From the IMG/VR virus record IMGVR_UViG_3300005404_000004, positions 1 to 62,066 of that record: DNA of 62,066 nt; one strand, 5' to 3'. The notes beneath the pieces are model-generated. The model had not been told where the DNA came from, made no database searches, and was given only the letters and a program-made list of their open reading frames with translations. Positions 1-9,242 of this stretch are shown here, piece by piece. The stretch comes from a virus. Taxonomy: Duplodnaviria > Caudoviricetes. Positions within the stretch are counted from its first letter, which is position 1. The number at the start of each line of letters is the position of its first letter. The position numbers and the translations under genes were made by a program.

Positions 1-1
1 T

Positions 2-304
2 GAACAAAAACGAAGTTACACATTACAAAAAGTTAAAGACTGGTCGGACACCGAGATCACAATCACTGACTATATTGAAGGTCGTGGCAAATTCAAAAAT
101 GGCCTCGGCAAATTTATCGGCGTTGATTCAAACAATCGAGTAGTCGAGGTACCTTGGCCATCACTTACAATACTAGACCGTCAAGGTATATGGCATAACA
201 GACAATCTTATATCGGACAAAAACTAACCTTCGAGTATTTCGATCGTACACCATCTGGTGCATATCGTTTTCCTCGAGCTAAAACAGTACGTAACTATGA
301 GTAG
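2..304 (+). CDS. ATP-dependent DNA ligase, C-terminal OB-fold part (5' truncated by window edge)
   Basis: Manual translation, frame 2: EQKRSYTLQKVKDWSDTE...EGRGKFKNGLG...IGQKLTFEYFDRTPSGAYRFPRAKTVRNYE*. Matches ligase motif V (KRS..L.KVK) and motif VI (RFP....R). Confidence 0.85.
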   Translation, partial: EQKRSYTLQKVKDWSDTEITITDYIEGRGKFKNGLGKFIGVDSNNRVVEVPWPSLTILDRQGIWHNRQSYIGQKLTFEYFDRTPSGAYRFPRAKTVRNYE

Positions 305-383
305 ACTTATATGGAAATTATACAACGATAACTTAATAAGTGAAGAAGTAGCAAACATTTTATTAGACAAATTATATGAATAA
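297..383 (+). CDS. small hypothetical protein (28 aa)
   Basis: Manual ORF MSRLIWKLYNDNLISEEVANILLDKLYE; overlaps the ligase stop and the next start. Confidence 0.45.
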   Translation: MSRLIWKLYNDNLISEEVANILLDKLYE

Positions 384-543
384 AACAATTAAATTAACTG
401 ATGCGAGCGGCAAAACAACAAAATTTAAACCTTACTATATAGGTAATATTCCTAATAGCTTTGATAAAAACAAAGACAAATATTTTAATAGAGGTGGAAT
501 AACTTATATTGAAGAAAAAATGCATTGGTCACAAATGATATGA
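376..543 (+). CDS. small hypothetical protein (55 aa)
   Basis: Manual ORF MNKTIKLTDASG...HWSQMI; ATGA overlap with the next gene. Confidence 0.5.
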   Translation: MNKTIKLTDASGKTTKFKPYYIGNIPNSFDKNKDKYFNRGGITYIEEKMHWSQMI

Positions 544-749
544 AAATAAAAATAGGTAATAAAACAATTTTATGCACAAGGAAAAAAGACCATAAAGAGT
601 TTTTATTTGAAAGAATATTAGAACTGAGACAAGAAATAATTCAAGATGTACTTATGTCGTCTCAAAAAGGTAGAATACCTGTAAAGGCTCTTAAGCATAA
701 AGCTGAAATGATTAGAAAATATAGTAGAAGATTAAAATTATTATCATGA
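540..749 (+). CDS. hypothetical basic protein
   Basis: ORF track 525..749; the ATG at 540 is coupled to the upstream stop. Confidence 0.6.
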   Translation: MKIKIGNKTILCTRKKDHKEFLFERILELRQEIIQDVLMSSQKGRIPVKALKHKAEMIRKYSRRLKLLS

Positions 750-907
750 GCGTACTTAGTAAACTTATAGTTGATTGCCCTCGTTATGGGCGTGAGGAGT
801 TTTTAATAAACACCGAAGTTGCTATACACGTGCAAGAATCTACAATAAATAATATTTTAAAGTATTTTTCTGATCAAGCTATAATTGATATTGAGGAAAT
901 ATGCTAA
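746..907 (+). CDS. small hypothetical protein
   Basis: Manual ORF MSVLSKLIVDCPRYGREEF...; overlaps both neighbours. Confidence 0.5.
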   Translation: MSVLSKLIVDCPRYGREEFLINTEVAIHVQESTINNILKYFSDQAIIDIEEIC

Positions 908-1056
908 ACAAAATATGGAGAATATGGGCTAAAGCACTTGGCGAAAAAGCCCTTGAGGATGCAGATGCAGTCGCATTTGTAAGAACGTTATTAATAGCGC
1001 AAGCTGTTATAACTAATATATTAATATCTATTAACATTATAATTAACTGGTTATGA
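901..1056 (+). CDS. small membrane protein (WRIWAKALGEKA type seen in marine phages)
   Basis: Manual ORF MLNKIWRIWAKALGEKALEDADAVAFVRTLLIAQAVITNILISINIIINWL with a C-terminal hydrophobic helix. Confidence 0.65.
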   Translation: MLNKIWRIWAKALGEKALEDADAVAFVRTLLIAQAVITNILISINIIINWL

Positions 1057-1151
1057 GCGCAATAAAGACTTACAAACACTATATTAAAACAAACGTGTTT
1101 AAAATACGAGATAAAATAAAACTAGAAAGAAAACCTAAAAACAAAAGATGA
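1053..1151 (+). CDS. small basic hypothetical protein (32 aa)
   Basis: Manual ORF with ATGA overlaps at both ends. Confidence 0.4.
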   Translation: MSAIKTYKHYIKTNVFKIRDKIKLERKPKNKR

Positions 1152-1924
1152 AAAACTTTAATAAGAAAATATTTTCATTAAACATATCTTCTTTGCAAAA
1201 AGTTAAATCAGAAATACCACAAAAGTATTTTAATCTTGCGATTAATATTGCTAATAGTTTTTCAAAAGAATATTCTTCAATTGGTGTAATGAATACAAAT
1301 GATCTTATACAAGAATCATGCTACGCTTTAATAAAATCGTGGAATAATATTAATTGGGAATACATTAATCAAATTGAAAACAAATTAGACCGTAAAAAAT
1401 CAATAACTAACTATTTGAAAAAAAGTATTACTGGTTTAGTTAAAGATGAGATTAAAAAAAATATGGACGGTACTAAAAAACCTATAAAAGGTATATGGGA
1501 TAATAAAACTAAAACAAGAAGAACTGATGTGTTTGGGTTTTTATCTATATTATTTCCTAATTGGTTTGATAATAATGTGCTTACATTGATTGAAGATGAA
1601 GTTTATGATTACGACTATGAACAATTAGGTAATTATATTGAAACATGGTTAGATAAACATTTGCCTAAATATAAGCTTATGCTACTTATGCTGTTTGGCA
1701 TTGATGATGTATACTCTAAACCAAAAACAATGGCTGAAATTGCTATTAAGTTTTCAATGCGACCTGAGGCTGTTCGCAAACAAAAAGAACGTTTAATTAA
1801 AAGATTAAGGTCTAATGAGCATGCACTCAACGAGTTAGCATATTATGTTGTTACGCATGGCATAAAATCATCATCTAAAGTATATGATTATGCATCGGAA
1901 AATCTTAAAATTTATGCAAATTAA
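1148..1924 (+). CDS. phage sigma-70-like RNA polymerase sigma factor
   Basis: Region-2-like DLIQESCYALIKSW and region-4 HTH KTMAEIAIKFSMRPEAVRKQKERLIKRLR. Confidence 0.75.
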   Translation: MKNFNKKIFSLNISSLQKVKSEIPQKYFNLAINIANSFSKEYSSIGVMNTNDLIQESCYALIKSWNNINWEYINQIENKLDRKKSITNYLKKSITGLVKDEIKKNMDGTKKPIKGIWDNKTKTRRTDVFGFLSILFPNWFDNNVLTLIEDEVYDYDYEQLGNYIETWLDKHLPKYKLMLLMLFGIDDVYSKPKTMAEIAIKFSMRPEAVRKQKERLIKRLRSNEHALNELAYYVVTHGIKSSSKVYDYASENLKIYAN

Positions 1925-1932
1925 GGTCACTT

Positions 1933-2304
1933 TTGACTAAAATTGCACTATATTATATATACCTTATGGATACATTTAAAACAAAACTTAAGCTTACAAG
2001 TAACAACGTTGACACGTTGTCTTTTATACGTCATTCTAATGATTCAGTTAATTTAAGCGCTGATCTTAAAATGAAAGAGGGCAATTACAATATTAATAAT
2101 GTAAATGCTATTTCATCGTCTAAAGAAATTAATTTATCTTTAGATAGGTTAACAGGTTCGGGTGTTAATACAAGCAATAAAATATTAAATACCCATAAAT
2201 TGAAACCTGTGGAAGATGTTAATACTGGGTTTGGCAAATTAGAAAAATGCTACAAACGCAGAGTAATCAAAAAAAATAATATAATTTATGACTTACTTAA
2301 CTAA
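1933..2304 (+). CDS. hypothetical protein (likely start ATG 1966)
   Basis: ORF track; no recognisable motif. Confidence 0.5.
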   Translation: MTKIALYYIYLMDTFKTKLKLTSNNVDTLSFIRHSNDSVNLSADLKMKEGNYNINNVNAISSSKEINLSLDRLTGSGVNTSNKILNTHKLKPVEDVNTGFGKLEKCYKRRVIKKNNIIYDLLN

Positions 2305-2429
2305 AAGTACACAGCAAAAAATGAAAGCACGTGATAATATAGACAGTAACGTAAGTTATACAATTGGCGATGGCATTATAACTTATTACAAAAACGGAAT
2401 TTATTATAAACACAAATTTATTGAATCAA

Positions 2430-2963
2430 ATGACAACAGCAGAAAAATTAAGTAAAATTCAAATTGAGTTTAAAGCCAAAAAGTCTAGGTTTAATTCTTT
2501 TGGTAAATACAACTTCAGGTCAGCTGAAGATATACTAGAAGCATTGAAACCTATGAACGAGAAATACCGTGTACATTTTACAATTGATGAAAAGTATATA
2601 CACACGGATCAATTGCCTATTATTGAAACTAAAGCGAGTATGTTTGATATAGAAGATAATAGTGCTATACACGCAACCGCTATTGTAGGTGTTGATTTAC
2701 ACCAAAAGGGTATGGCTACTCCTCAGCAGTTTGGGAGCGCTTCTAGCTACGCTAAAAAGTATGCCTTAGGTAATCTACTATTAATAGATGATACTGCAGA
2801 TGCGGATGCTACAAATGATCATGGAGCTACACGCAAGCCTAAAATTACTTCTAGCAATATTGAAAAAGCTAAAAAGTTTTTATCAAACGGCGGATTACTT
2901 AAAACTTTACAAGACAAATATGATATAGAGCCTACAGCTCTAAAAGAATTACAGAATGGATAA
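2430..2963 (+). CDS. ERF-family single-strand annealing protein
   Basis: FGKYNFRSAEDIL and QQFGSASSYAKKYALGNLLLIDDTADAD are ERF signatures. Confidence 0.9.
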   Translation: MTTAEKLSKIQIEFKAKKSRFNSFGKYNFRSAEDILEALKPMNEKYRVHFTIDEKYIHTDQLPIIETKASMFDIEDNSAIHATAIVGVDLHQKGMATPQQFGSASSYAKKYALGNLLLIDDTADADATNDHGATRKPKITSSNIEKAKKFLSNGGLLKTLQDKYDIEPTALKELQNG

Positions 2964-3687
2964 ACAAGAGATATTAAATAAGTTGCGTGATGATGAGAAT
3001 TATTACGGTAAATTTGGTAAACAATACCTAAGTAATTCTGATATATCAGCATTATTAAATAATCCTCTTGATTTTAAGAAGAAAATACCGCCATCGCCAG
3101 CATTGGTTATTGGCGGTTATTTTCACACATGCATCCTCGAGCCTCATAAGCTTGATAAATACAAAGTAATTAAATCAAGTACAAGAAATACTAAATCATA
3201 TAAAGAGTTATCAGAAGGCGATATATGTTTGTTAGAGCATGAAGCAGATAGCATCGAGCTAATGCGGGAGATTGTTTTAGATAACGATTTATTTAAAGAT
3301 TTAATTCAAGAAGGTGAAGTTGAGTATGAAGTACCCGGCTTAGTAGAACTTGAGGGCATGATGTGGAAAGGTAAAGCAGACATTATTAATCATTCACATC
3401 AATTAGTAATTGATTTGAAAACTACTGGAAATATTAATGCATTTCAAAGTAGTGCTTACAAATATAATTATGATAGCCAAGCATATATTTATTCTAAAAT
3501 GTTTGGTTATGAACTTGTATTTATAGTTATTGATAAAAACAGTCATCAGCTTGGTTTATTTGATTGCAGCGATAAGTTTATGCATTCAGGTTCAAACAAA
3601 GTTGCTAGAGCTGTTCAATCTTATGAAGAGTTTTTCATAAATGGCGATGGAGATTTTAGCCAATATTATATCTCTAAAACACTTTAA
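2956..3687 (+). CDS. PD-(D/E)XK exonuclease (RecE/DUF3799-like)
   Basis: LSNSDI, GGYFHTCILEP, KGKADI...IDLKTT, YDSQAYIY; adjacent to the ERF gene. Confidence 0.85.
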   Translation: MDKQEILNKLRDDENYYGKFGKQYLSNSDISALLNNPLDFKKKIPPSPALVIGGYFHTCILEPHKLDKYKVIKSSTRNTKSYKELSEGDICLLEHEADSIELMREIVLDNDLFKDLIQEGEVEYEVPGLVELEGMMWKGKADIINHSHQLVIDLKTTGNINAFQSSAYKYNYDSQAYIYSKMFGYELVFIVIDKNSHQLGLFDCSDKFMHSGSNKVARAVQSYEEFFINGDGDFSQYYISKTL

Positions 3688-3702
3688 TTTAATTTATTTA
3701 TT

Positions 3703-3870
3703 ATGGCAAGAACTAAAAAACAAACTTGTGATGTTACTGGTATGACTACTAGTACTAAAAACTTTTATTCTAATCAATCTCATGTTAAAGCTGTAGACAA
3801 TATGAGAAGAGCTACTGGTGCGAATAAAACTCAGCTTAAAAGAATGTTTAACCAATTAGCTACATATTAA
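3703..3870 (+). CDS. small hypothetical protein (55 aa)
   Basis: Manual ORF MARTKKQTCDVTG...; TAATG coupling to the SSB gene. Confidence 0.6.
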   Translation: MARTKKQTCDVTGMTTSTKNFYSNQSHVKAVDNMRRATGANKTQLKRMFNQLATY

Positions 3871-4181
3871 TGGCAAGTATTATTTCAGCAAGTATTGATC
3901 TTACAAAGATTGATAAAGCAAAAATCTATGAAGGTAAAAAGGGTAAATACTATCCTATAACAGTTGTATTAAACGATGAGCCGGGTCAATATGGTGATTC
4001 AGGATATATAATGACTGAGCAAACTAAAGAAGAGCGAGACGCTAAAACTCAAAAGCAATATTTAGGAAACGTAAAAGTTGTTTGGACTAATGGGCAAAAT
4101 GTAACTACTGCAGAAAAGCAAGGAGTTCAACAATCTATTGAAATGCAAACAGCACCTGCTGAACCTGATTTACCTTTTTAA
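3870..4181 (+). CDS. single-stranded DNA-binding protein (Bacteroidota phage type)
   Basis: Short beta-rich protein with a C-terminal DLPF tail, between the recombination and primase genes. Confidence 0.7.
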   Translation: MASIISASIDLTKIDKAKIYEGKKGKYYPITVVLNDEPGQYGDSGYIMTEQTKEERDAKTQKQYLGNVKVVWTNGQNVTTAEKQGVQQSIEMQTAPAEPDLPF

Positions 4182-4252
4182 TGAATGAGGACTTTGATTT
4201 CATTAACGTTGAGTACGACGAAGATGGAGAGATAACATTAATCGAAGATTAA
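4181..4252 (+). CDS. acidic micropeptide (23 aa)
   Basis: MNEDFDFINVEYDEDGEITLIED fills the SSB-primase gap exactly, with TAATG coupling. Confidence 0.45.
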   Translation: MNEDFDFINVEYDEDGEITLIED

Positions 4253-4253
4253 T

Positions 4254-5963
4254 ATGAATACAACAGAGATTAACGGTTTTGAAATTGATATTTTTAACCA
4301 ATATGATCTTAATGTAGGCAAGCGAGAGGGTGTATGCCCTCTTTGCTCGCATACAAGACAACCCAAAAATCAAAAAGCAAAATGTGCTATGTATGATTGG
4401 GATCGTGGTCTCGGTACTTGTATGAATTGTAACGAAGTATTCCAGCTTCATACTTTTAAAAGAAAATCAGATTCTTTAAAAGAATATACCAAACCTGAAT
4501 GGAAAAATAATACTAGCCTTAGTAATAATGCTATTAAATGGTTTGAGAGTCGAGGTATAAGTCAAAAAACTTTAGTTAAAATGAAAATAACTGAAGGTAC
4601 TGAATTTATGCCGCAGACAGGAAAAAATGAGAATACAATTCAATTCAATTACTTTATTAATAACGAACTAATAAATATAAAGTATAGAGATGGTAGAAAG
4701 AATTTTAAACTCGTTAAAGGGGCCGAAAAAGTATTTTATAATATTGATAGGACTATCGGCCATGACTATATTGTTATTGTGGAAGGCGAAATGGATGCTC
4801 TTTCTTTTGTGGAAAGCGGGATTGAACCCGTTGTATCTGTTCCAAACGGAGCTACTATTAATAACACTAACCTTGATTACTTGGACAGCTGCATTGATTA
4901 TTTCGAAACAAAAGAAAAAGTCATACTCGCAGTTGATGCAGATGAGGCAGGACTCACACTTAAGCAAGAACTTATTAGAAGACTCGGTGCAGAGAGATGC
5001 TTTACGGTTGAGTTCGGAGTACACAAGGATGCTAATGAATTTCTTATGGAAAATGGGCGCAATAATCTTGCTAATATTATTAGTAAGGCTAAGCCTGTAC
5101 CCATTGAGAATGTTGTAACATTAAAAGATATAAATGAAGAACTGGAAGAATTTATTTATGAAGGTTTTAAACCGGGCTATCAAATCGGTCTTAATAACTT
5201 TGATAGCATATTCAGTACTTATACAGGGCAGTTCATCACCGTTACAGGCGTTCCTAGCAGTGGCAAGTCTGATTTTGTTGATCGAATGGTGGTGGGATAC
5301 TACCTAAAATATGGTTGGAAAACTGCGTTTGCTTCACCTGAAAATAAACCAACTTTTTTGCATACACATAAGTTAATAAGAAAGATTGGCGGATGGATGC
5401 CTAACAAAGATGATATAGGTACTGAGAAGTGGAACAATGTTATTTCTAAAGTTAACGATAATTTTTATTTTATTGAAAACGAAAGATATGATTTAGACGC
5501 GGTACTTGCAAAAGGTGCTGAACTTGTGAAGCGTAAAGGCATTAAATGTTTAGTTGTTGATCCTTATAATAAGGTTAAAATGCAAGGCGCAAGCGCTATG
5601 AGCATACCAGATGCTACAATGGAATATCTTACACGCATTGAGGCGTTTGCTAAAAAGTATGATGTACTTGTTATTATTGTCGCACACCCAACCAAAATGT
5701 ATAAAAAAGAAGATGGTACAATTGACGAACCAACTATGTATAGCATTAAAGGCGGTGGTGAATGGTATGATGCATCATATCACGGCTTACTTGTTCATCG
5801 CAATTACGAGCAAAAAACCGTCAAAGTTAAGGTGCTTAAAGTAAAATTCCAAAATTTAGGAGAAAATCAAGCTGAAGCACACTTTAAATGGGATCATACA
5901 AGCGGAGATTATATACCTATTGAAGAAACCAATGTTGATACTATGCCATGGGAAGTGGATTAA
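4254..5963 (+). CDS. primase-helicase (Zn finger + TOPRIM + SF4/DnaB-like helicase; T7 gp4/Twinkle-like)
   Basis: CPLC...CMNC, IVEGEMDAL, DADEAG, Walker A GVPSSGKS, Walker B LVVDPYN, VAHPTK. Confidence 0.93.
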   Translation: MNTTEINGFEIDIFNQYDLNVGKREGVCPLCSHTRQPKNQKAKCAMYDWDRGLGTCMNCNEVFQLHTFKRKSDSLKEYTKPEWKNNTSLSNNAIKWFESRGISQKTLVKMKITEGTEFMPQTGKNENTIQFNYFINNELINIKYRDGRKNFKLVKGAEKVFYNIDRTIGHDYIVIVEGEMDALSFVESGIEPVVSVPNGATINNTNLDYLDSCIDYFETKEKVILAVDADEAGLTLKQELIRRLGAERCFTVEFGVHKDANEFLMENGRNNLANIISKAKPVPIENVVTLKDINEELEEFIYEGFKPGYQIGLNNFDSIFSTYTGQFITVTGVPSSGKSDFVDRMVVGYYLKYGWKTAFASPENKPTFLHTHKLIRKIGGWMPNKDDIGTEKWNNVISKVNDNFYFIENERYDLDAVLAKGAELVKRKGIKCLVVDPYNKVKMQGASAMSIPDATMEYLTRIEAFAKKYDVLVIIVAHPTKMYKKEDGTIDEPTMYSIKGGGEWYDASYHGLLVHRNYEQKTVKVKVLKVKFQNLGENQAEAHFKWDHTSGDYIPIEETNVDTMPWEVD

Positions 5964-6238
5964 AAAAGAAAAAAAGCTATAAAGGATTAAATACAGGATT
6001 TACTCCAACACCCGAACAAACAGAATGGGATCGTTATTGTGTTAACAATAATATTAGAATAAGCCCTAAACCCACCCAACAAGGTATGCAACCCGAAGAG
6101 TGGCGAGTTGAGGTAAGAATAGGTCCATATAAAAGAGGTGAAAAAGCTTTTTTATCGCCTAATGTATATACAGCGGATAACATATGGCAGGAATTATATA
6201 ATATGAAGAAATACTATTATGATAAACGTACAAGATGA
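5948..6238 (+). CDS. hypothetical protein
   Basis: ORF track; overlaps both neighbours in the operon. Confidence 0.65.
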   Translation: MGSGLKKKKSYKGLNTGFTPTPEQTEWDRYCVNNNIRISPKPTQQGMQPEEWRVEVRIGPYKRGEKAFLSPNVYTADNIWQELYNMKKYYYDKRTR

Positions 6239-7043
6239 GTACAGAGGATTACTATCAGGAATACTCCATGGGGGAGCACAAAAAGAAGACAGAACAAAAA
6301 CTGGGACGCAATCTGTCTTTGGAAGAATGCTTAGACATGACATGGAACTGGGGTTTCCTTTATTAACAACTAAAAAAATATATTTTAACCATGCAGTTAC
6401 AGAATTACTATGGATATTACAGGGACGCACTGACATTGCTTACCTCAACGATCACGGTGTTACTTACTGGAATGCTGATTATAAGCGATCAGGTAGAACT
6501 GACGGTACGCTTGGCCCTGTTTATGGGCATCAGCTTAGGGACTTCAATGGTGTTGATCAGCTTGAAAAAATACTCAAGCAAATTAAACAAGAACCGTCAT
6601 CAAGGCGCATTATGGCAAGCTTATGGAATCCCAATGATTTGGATGATATGGCTTTGCCTCCTTGTCATTACGGCTTTCAAATATATATAAACAATGGAAA
6701 ACTTGACTTACTTTGGACCCAACGCTCTGCTGATGTGTTTCTTGGTCTCCCTTATGATTTTGCCATGTATGGCTTATTATTACTTATGTTGGCAAAAGGA
6801 TCGGGTTATAGACCTGGGCGCCTTACTGCTTCACTCGGCGATTGCCATTTGTATAACAATCATATCGAACAGGCTAAACAGCAACTATCCCGTGATTTTA
6901 GGGGCTTGCCTCACGTGGGAGTTGACCTTGGGATATTTATTGCAGAAGGGGCGGGAAACTTTATAACAATACCCACAAGAAGTATGATACATTTATCAGA
7001 ATATAATCCACACGAACCAATTAAAGCTAAATTAAATACATGA
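6219..7043 (+). CDS. thyA: thymidylate synthase
   Basis: DRTKTGT, FPLLTTKK, ELLW, GPVYG, MALPPCH, QRSADVFLGLP, GDCHLYNNH. Confidence 0.96.
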   Translation: MINVQDEYRGLLSGILHGGAQKEDRTKTGTQSVFGRMLRHDMELGFPLLTTKKIYFNHAVTELLWILQGRTDIAYLNDHGVTYWNADYKRSGRTDGTLGPVYGHQLRDFNGVDQLEKILKQIKQEPSSRRIMASLWNPNDLDDMALPPCHYGFQIYINNGKLDLLWTQRSADVFLGLPYDFAMYGLLLLMLAKGSGYRPGRLTASLGDCHLYNNHIEQAKQQLSRDFRGLPHVGVDLGIFIAEGAGNFITIPTRSMIHLSEYNPHEPIKAKLNT

Positions 7044-7825
7044 TAAAACTTAAAAAAGGCAAGTATAAAATATACCATATACCGGGAGTTAAAGTTGGCT
7101 GCACTACAAGCATACAGCGGAGAGTTATTGAGGCTCAGGGTTATAAGCCTGGTGAATATGAAATACTTTTTGAAACAGACAATGTTGCAGAAGCTTCACA
7201 CGTAGAAAAACAATTACAAGAAGATTTAGGATATAAAGTAGATCGCAAACTTTATAAGGATTTATTTAAAAAAGCAATGAACAAACACACATCATCCCCG
7301 GCAACTACTACATTTAAAATTTCTTCTAAAGATTTAGACGCTAAGTTTTTAGCTGATTTAGAAATTAAAACACAATATGGCACATTTAAATTGGACTCGA
7401 CTGATAAAATTGATTGGGTTATTTCCAATATACATGATAGCCAATTTGGGCCTAATACTTGTTATATTTATAATAAAGCTATGGCGAACGCTGGCGAATT
7501 CCAAAAATTAGAAGAGCCTAAAGAAAATAATCAAAATCAATTTGAATTAATTAGAGAATGGGCTCAAAATAGGGGCTTGTTTGATAAGGGTGATATTAAA
7601 ACACAATTAATTAAATTATATGAAGAATCAGGTGAATTATCGCAAGCCGTACTTAAAAATGATAAGGCAGGTATTATTGATGCTATCGGTGATAGTGTTG
7701 TCGTTCTTACTAATCTTGCCTACCTTGTCGGTACCGATATTGAAACTTGCATTAATTCTGCATATAATGAAATATCTAACAGAACTGGTAGAATGATTAA
7801 CGGAACATTTGTAAAAGATGAGTAA
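7040..7825 (+). CDS. fusion of an N-terminal GIY-YIG-like domain and a C-terminal MazG-like NTP pyrophosphohydrolase
   Basis: N-term YKIYHIPGVKVGCTTSIQRRV; C-term WAQNRGL...KLYEESGEL...DAIGDSVVVL...AYNEISNRTG. Confidence 0.75.
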   Translation: MIKLKKGKYKIYHIPGVKVGCTTSIQRRVIEAQGYKPGEYEILFETDNVAEASHVEKQLQEDLGYKVDRKLYKDLFKKAMNKHTSSPATTTFKISSKDLDAKFLADLEIKTQYGTFKLDSTDKIDWVISNIHDSQFGPNTCYIYNKAMANAGEFQKLEEPKENNQNQFELIREWAQNRGLFDKGDIKTQLIKLYEESGELSQAVLKNDKAGIIDAIGDSVVVLTNLAYLVGTDIETCINSAYNEISNRTGRMINGTFVKDE

Positions 7826-8132
7826 AGATAAAATAATACAAAACGTAATAGACAAAATACAAAAGCGTTCTGAAGTTGGCTTTAAAAAATATGGTGTTAC
7901 TCTATATGATGATAGTCAACCACTAGACACTTGGCTTAACCATTTGCAAGAAGAACTTATGGATGCAGTCAACTATATTGAAAAAACGCGTATGTCACTT
8001 CGTGAATCTATTGAAGATTGTTATATACGTGACTTAGAAGTTACTGATCCTGAAACTATATCTGCATATCCTGAACCCGATCATGTAGACCTGTGGACAA
8101 CTAATTATACTTATGAAACGAAAACGAAGTAA
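7818..8132 (+). CDS. conserved phage protein, probable all-alpha NTP pyrophosphatase fold
   Basis: RSEVGFKKYGVTL...WLNHLQEELMDAVNY with an EExxD acidic motif. Confidence 0.55.
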   Translation: MSKDKIIQNVIDKIQKRSEVGFKKYGVTLYDDSQPLDTWLNHLQEELMDAVNYIEKTRMSLRESIEDCYIRDLEVTDPETISAYPEPDHVDLWTTNYTYETKTK

Positions 8133-8571
8133 AAAGAGGGGACCTGTCCAGGCTAAAAAAATAAGCTATGACGGTATTAATTTTGCATCAGGTTTAGAAA
8201 GATACACATATATGGCCTTAAAAAAAGCTAAGTTATTTGAGGGATACGAAAATGAAATATTCCAACTTATAGATGGGTTTAGTTTTAAAAATCAATCTTA
8301 TGAGAAACAAGCAAATGGCAAAGGCGATTATATAAATAGGGGCCAAAAAAAAATATTAGGCATTAAGTATACACCTGATTTTGTAGGTAAAGATTTTATA
8401 ATTGAATGCAAGGGAAGGGCTAATGAGTCTTTTCCCCTGCGTTGGAAACTGTTTAAATTATGGCTCACGAAAAACAATATTGGAAAGACACTTTACAAAC
8501 CACAAAACCAGAAAGAAGTGGACTTGACAATACAACTAATAAAGAACAGCAGAAAAAGCAAGCGCGCATAA
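8113..8571 (+). CDS. PD-(D/E)XK endonuclease, T7 endonuclease I/Holliday junction resolvase-like
   Basis: FASGLE...YTPDF...IIECKG. Confidence 0.8.
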   Translation: MKRKRSKKRGPVQAKKISYDGINFASGLERYTYMALKKAKLFEGYENEIFQLIDGFSFKNQSYEKQANGKGDYINRGQKKILGIKYTPDFVGKDFIIECKGRANESFPLRWKLFKLWLTKNNIGKTLYKPQNQKEVDLTIQLIKNSRKSKRA

Positions 8572-8619
8572 TGTATAATAGGCGTAAGCTTGACAAAGAC
8601 ATCAAACAATATATTAAAA

Positions 8620-8772
8620 ATGATAGAATCAAAGGAAGCAGAATTGAAAGAATTGGACGACAACACGGATTTTACGTTGAGTAGTCACTATTCAGAAAGA
8701 ATAAAATTTCACATGAAGATGCTTAATTACTATTTAAAAGAAGAAAAATTATGTCATGGGAATTATCATTAG
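8620..8772 (+). CDS. small hypothetical protein
   Basis: ORF track 8590..8772; ATG at 8620. Confidence 0.45.
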   Translation: MIESKEAELKELDDNTDFTLSSHYSERIKFHMKMLNYYLKEEKLCHGNYH

Positions 8773-8888
8773 GATTATATCCAGGTATACTTATTGGTAT
8801 CCGTAGTTATGACCAAAAAGAAGCTACAGACCATGTGCTATACATACCGTTTATAGAATTATGTTTTACAATATATAAAAATGAATAA
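8751..8888 (+). CDS. small hypothetical protein (45 aa)
   Basis: Manual ORF MSWELSLGLYPGILIGIRSY...HVLYIPFIELCFTIYKNE. Confidence 0.6.
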   Translation: MSWELSLGLYPGILIGIRSYDQKEATDHVLYIPFIELCFTIYKNE

Positions 8889-9024
8889 TATAGAAGAATA
8901 CGTATTAAAAAGATTTCCTAAAAGATTTAAAAACAAAAAAGTATTAATTAAAGAATTTGATAGCCATTATGAAGTTAATCATAATAAAGATGCAAGTCCA
9001 ATTATATTAGGTAAAAATATATGA
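8881..9024 (+). CDS. small hypothetical protein (47 aa)
   Basis: Manual ORF; ATGA overlap with the gene at 9021. Confidence 0.5.
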   Translation: MNNIEEYVLKRFPKRFKNKKVLIKEFDSHYEVNHNKDASPIILGKNI

Positions 9025-9242
9025 AAGAATCAAAATTAATTGAAATGCAAAAACAATTAGAAACTTTAGGAGCCGCAGTAACAAGGCTTGTCAATGAAGT
9101 AACTAATTTAAAGGATTTAAGTGTTGGTACACTTGAACTAGTAAAAAGATTACCAGATTACGAAAAAGCATTAGAAGCATTAAAAGATAATTATAAAAAG
9201 AAAAAAGAGAATGAGTCTATTCAAACAGAGGATACCGTATAA
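9021..9242 (+). CDS. coiled-coil hypothetical protein
   Basis: ORF track; heptad pattern. Confidence 0.65.
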   Translation: MKESKLIEMQKQLETLGAAVTRLVNEVTNLKDLSVGTLELVKRLPDYEKALEALKDNYKKKKENESIQTEDTV

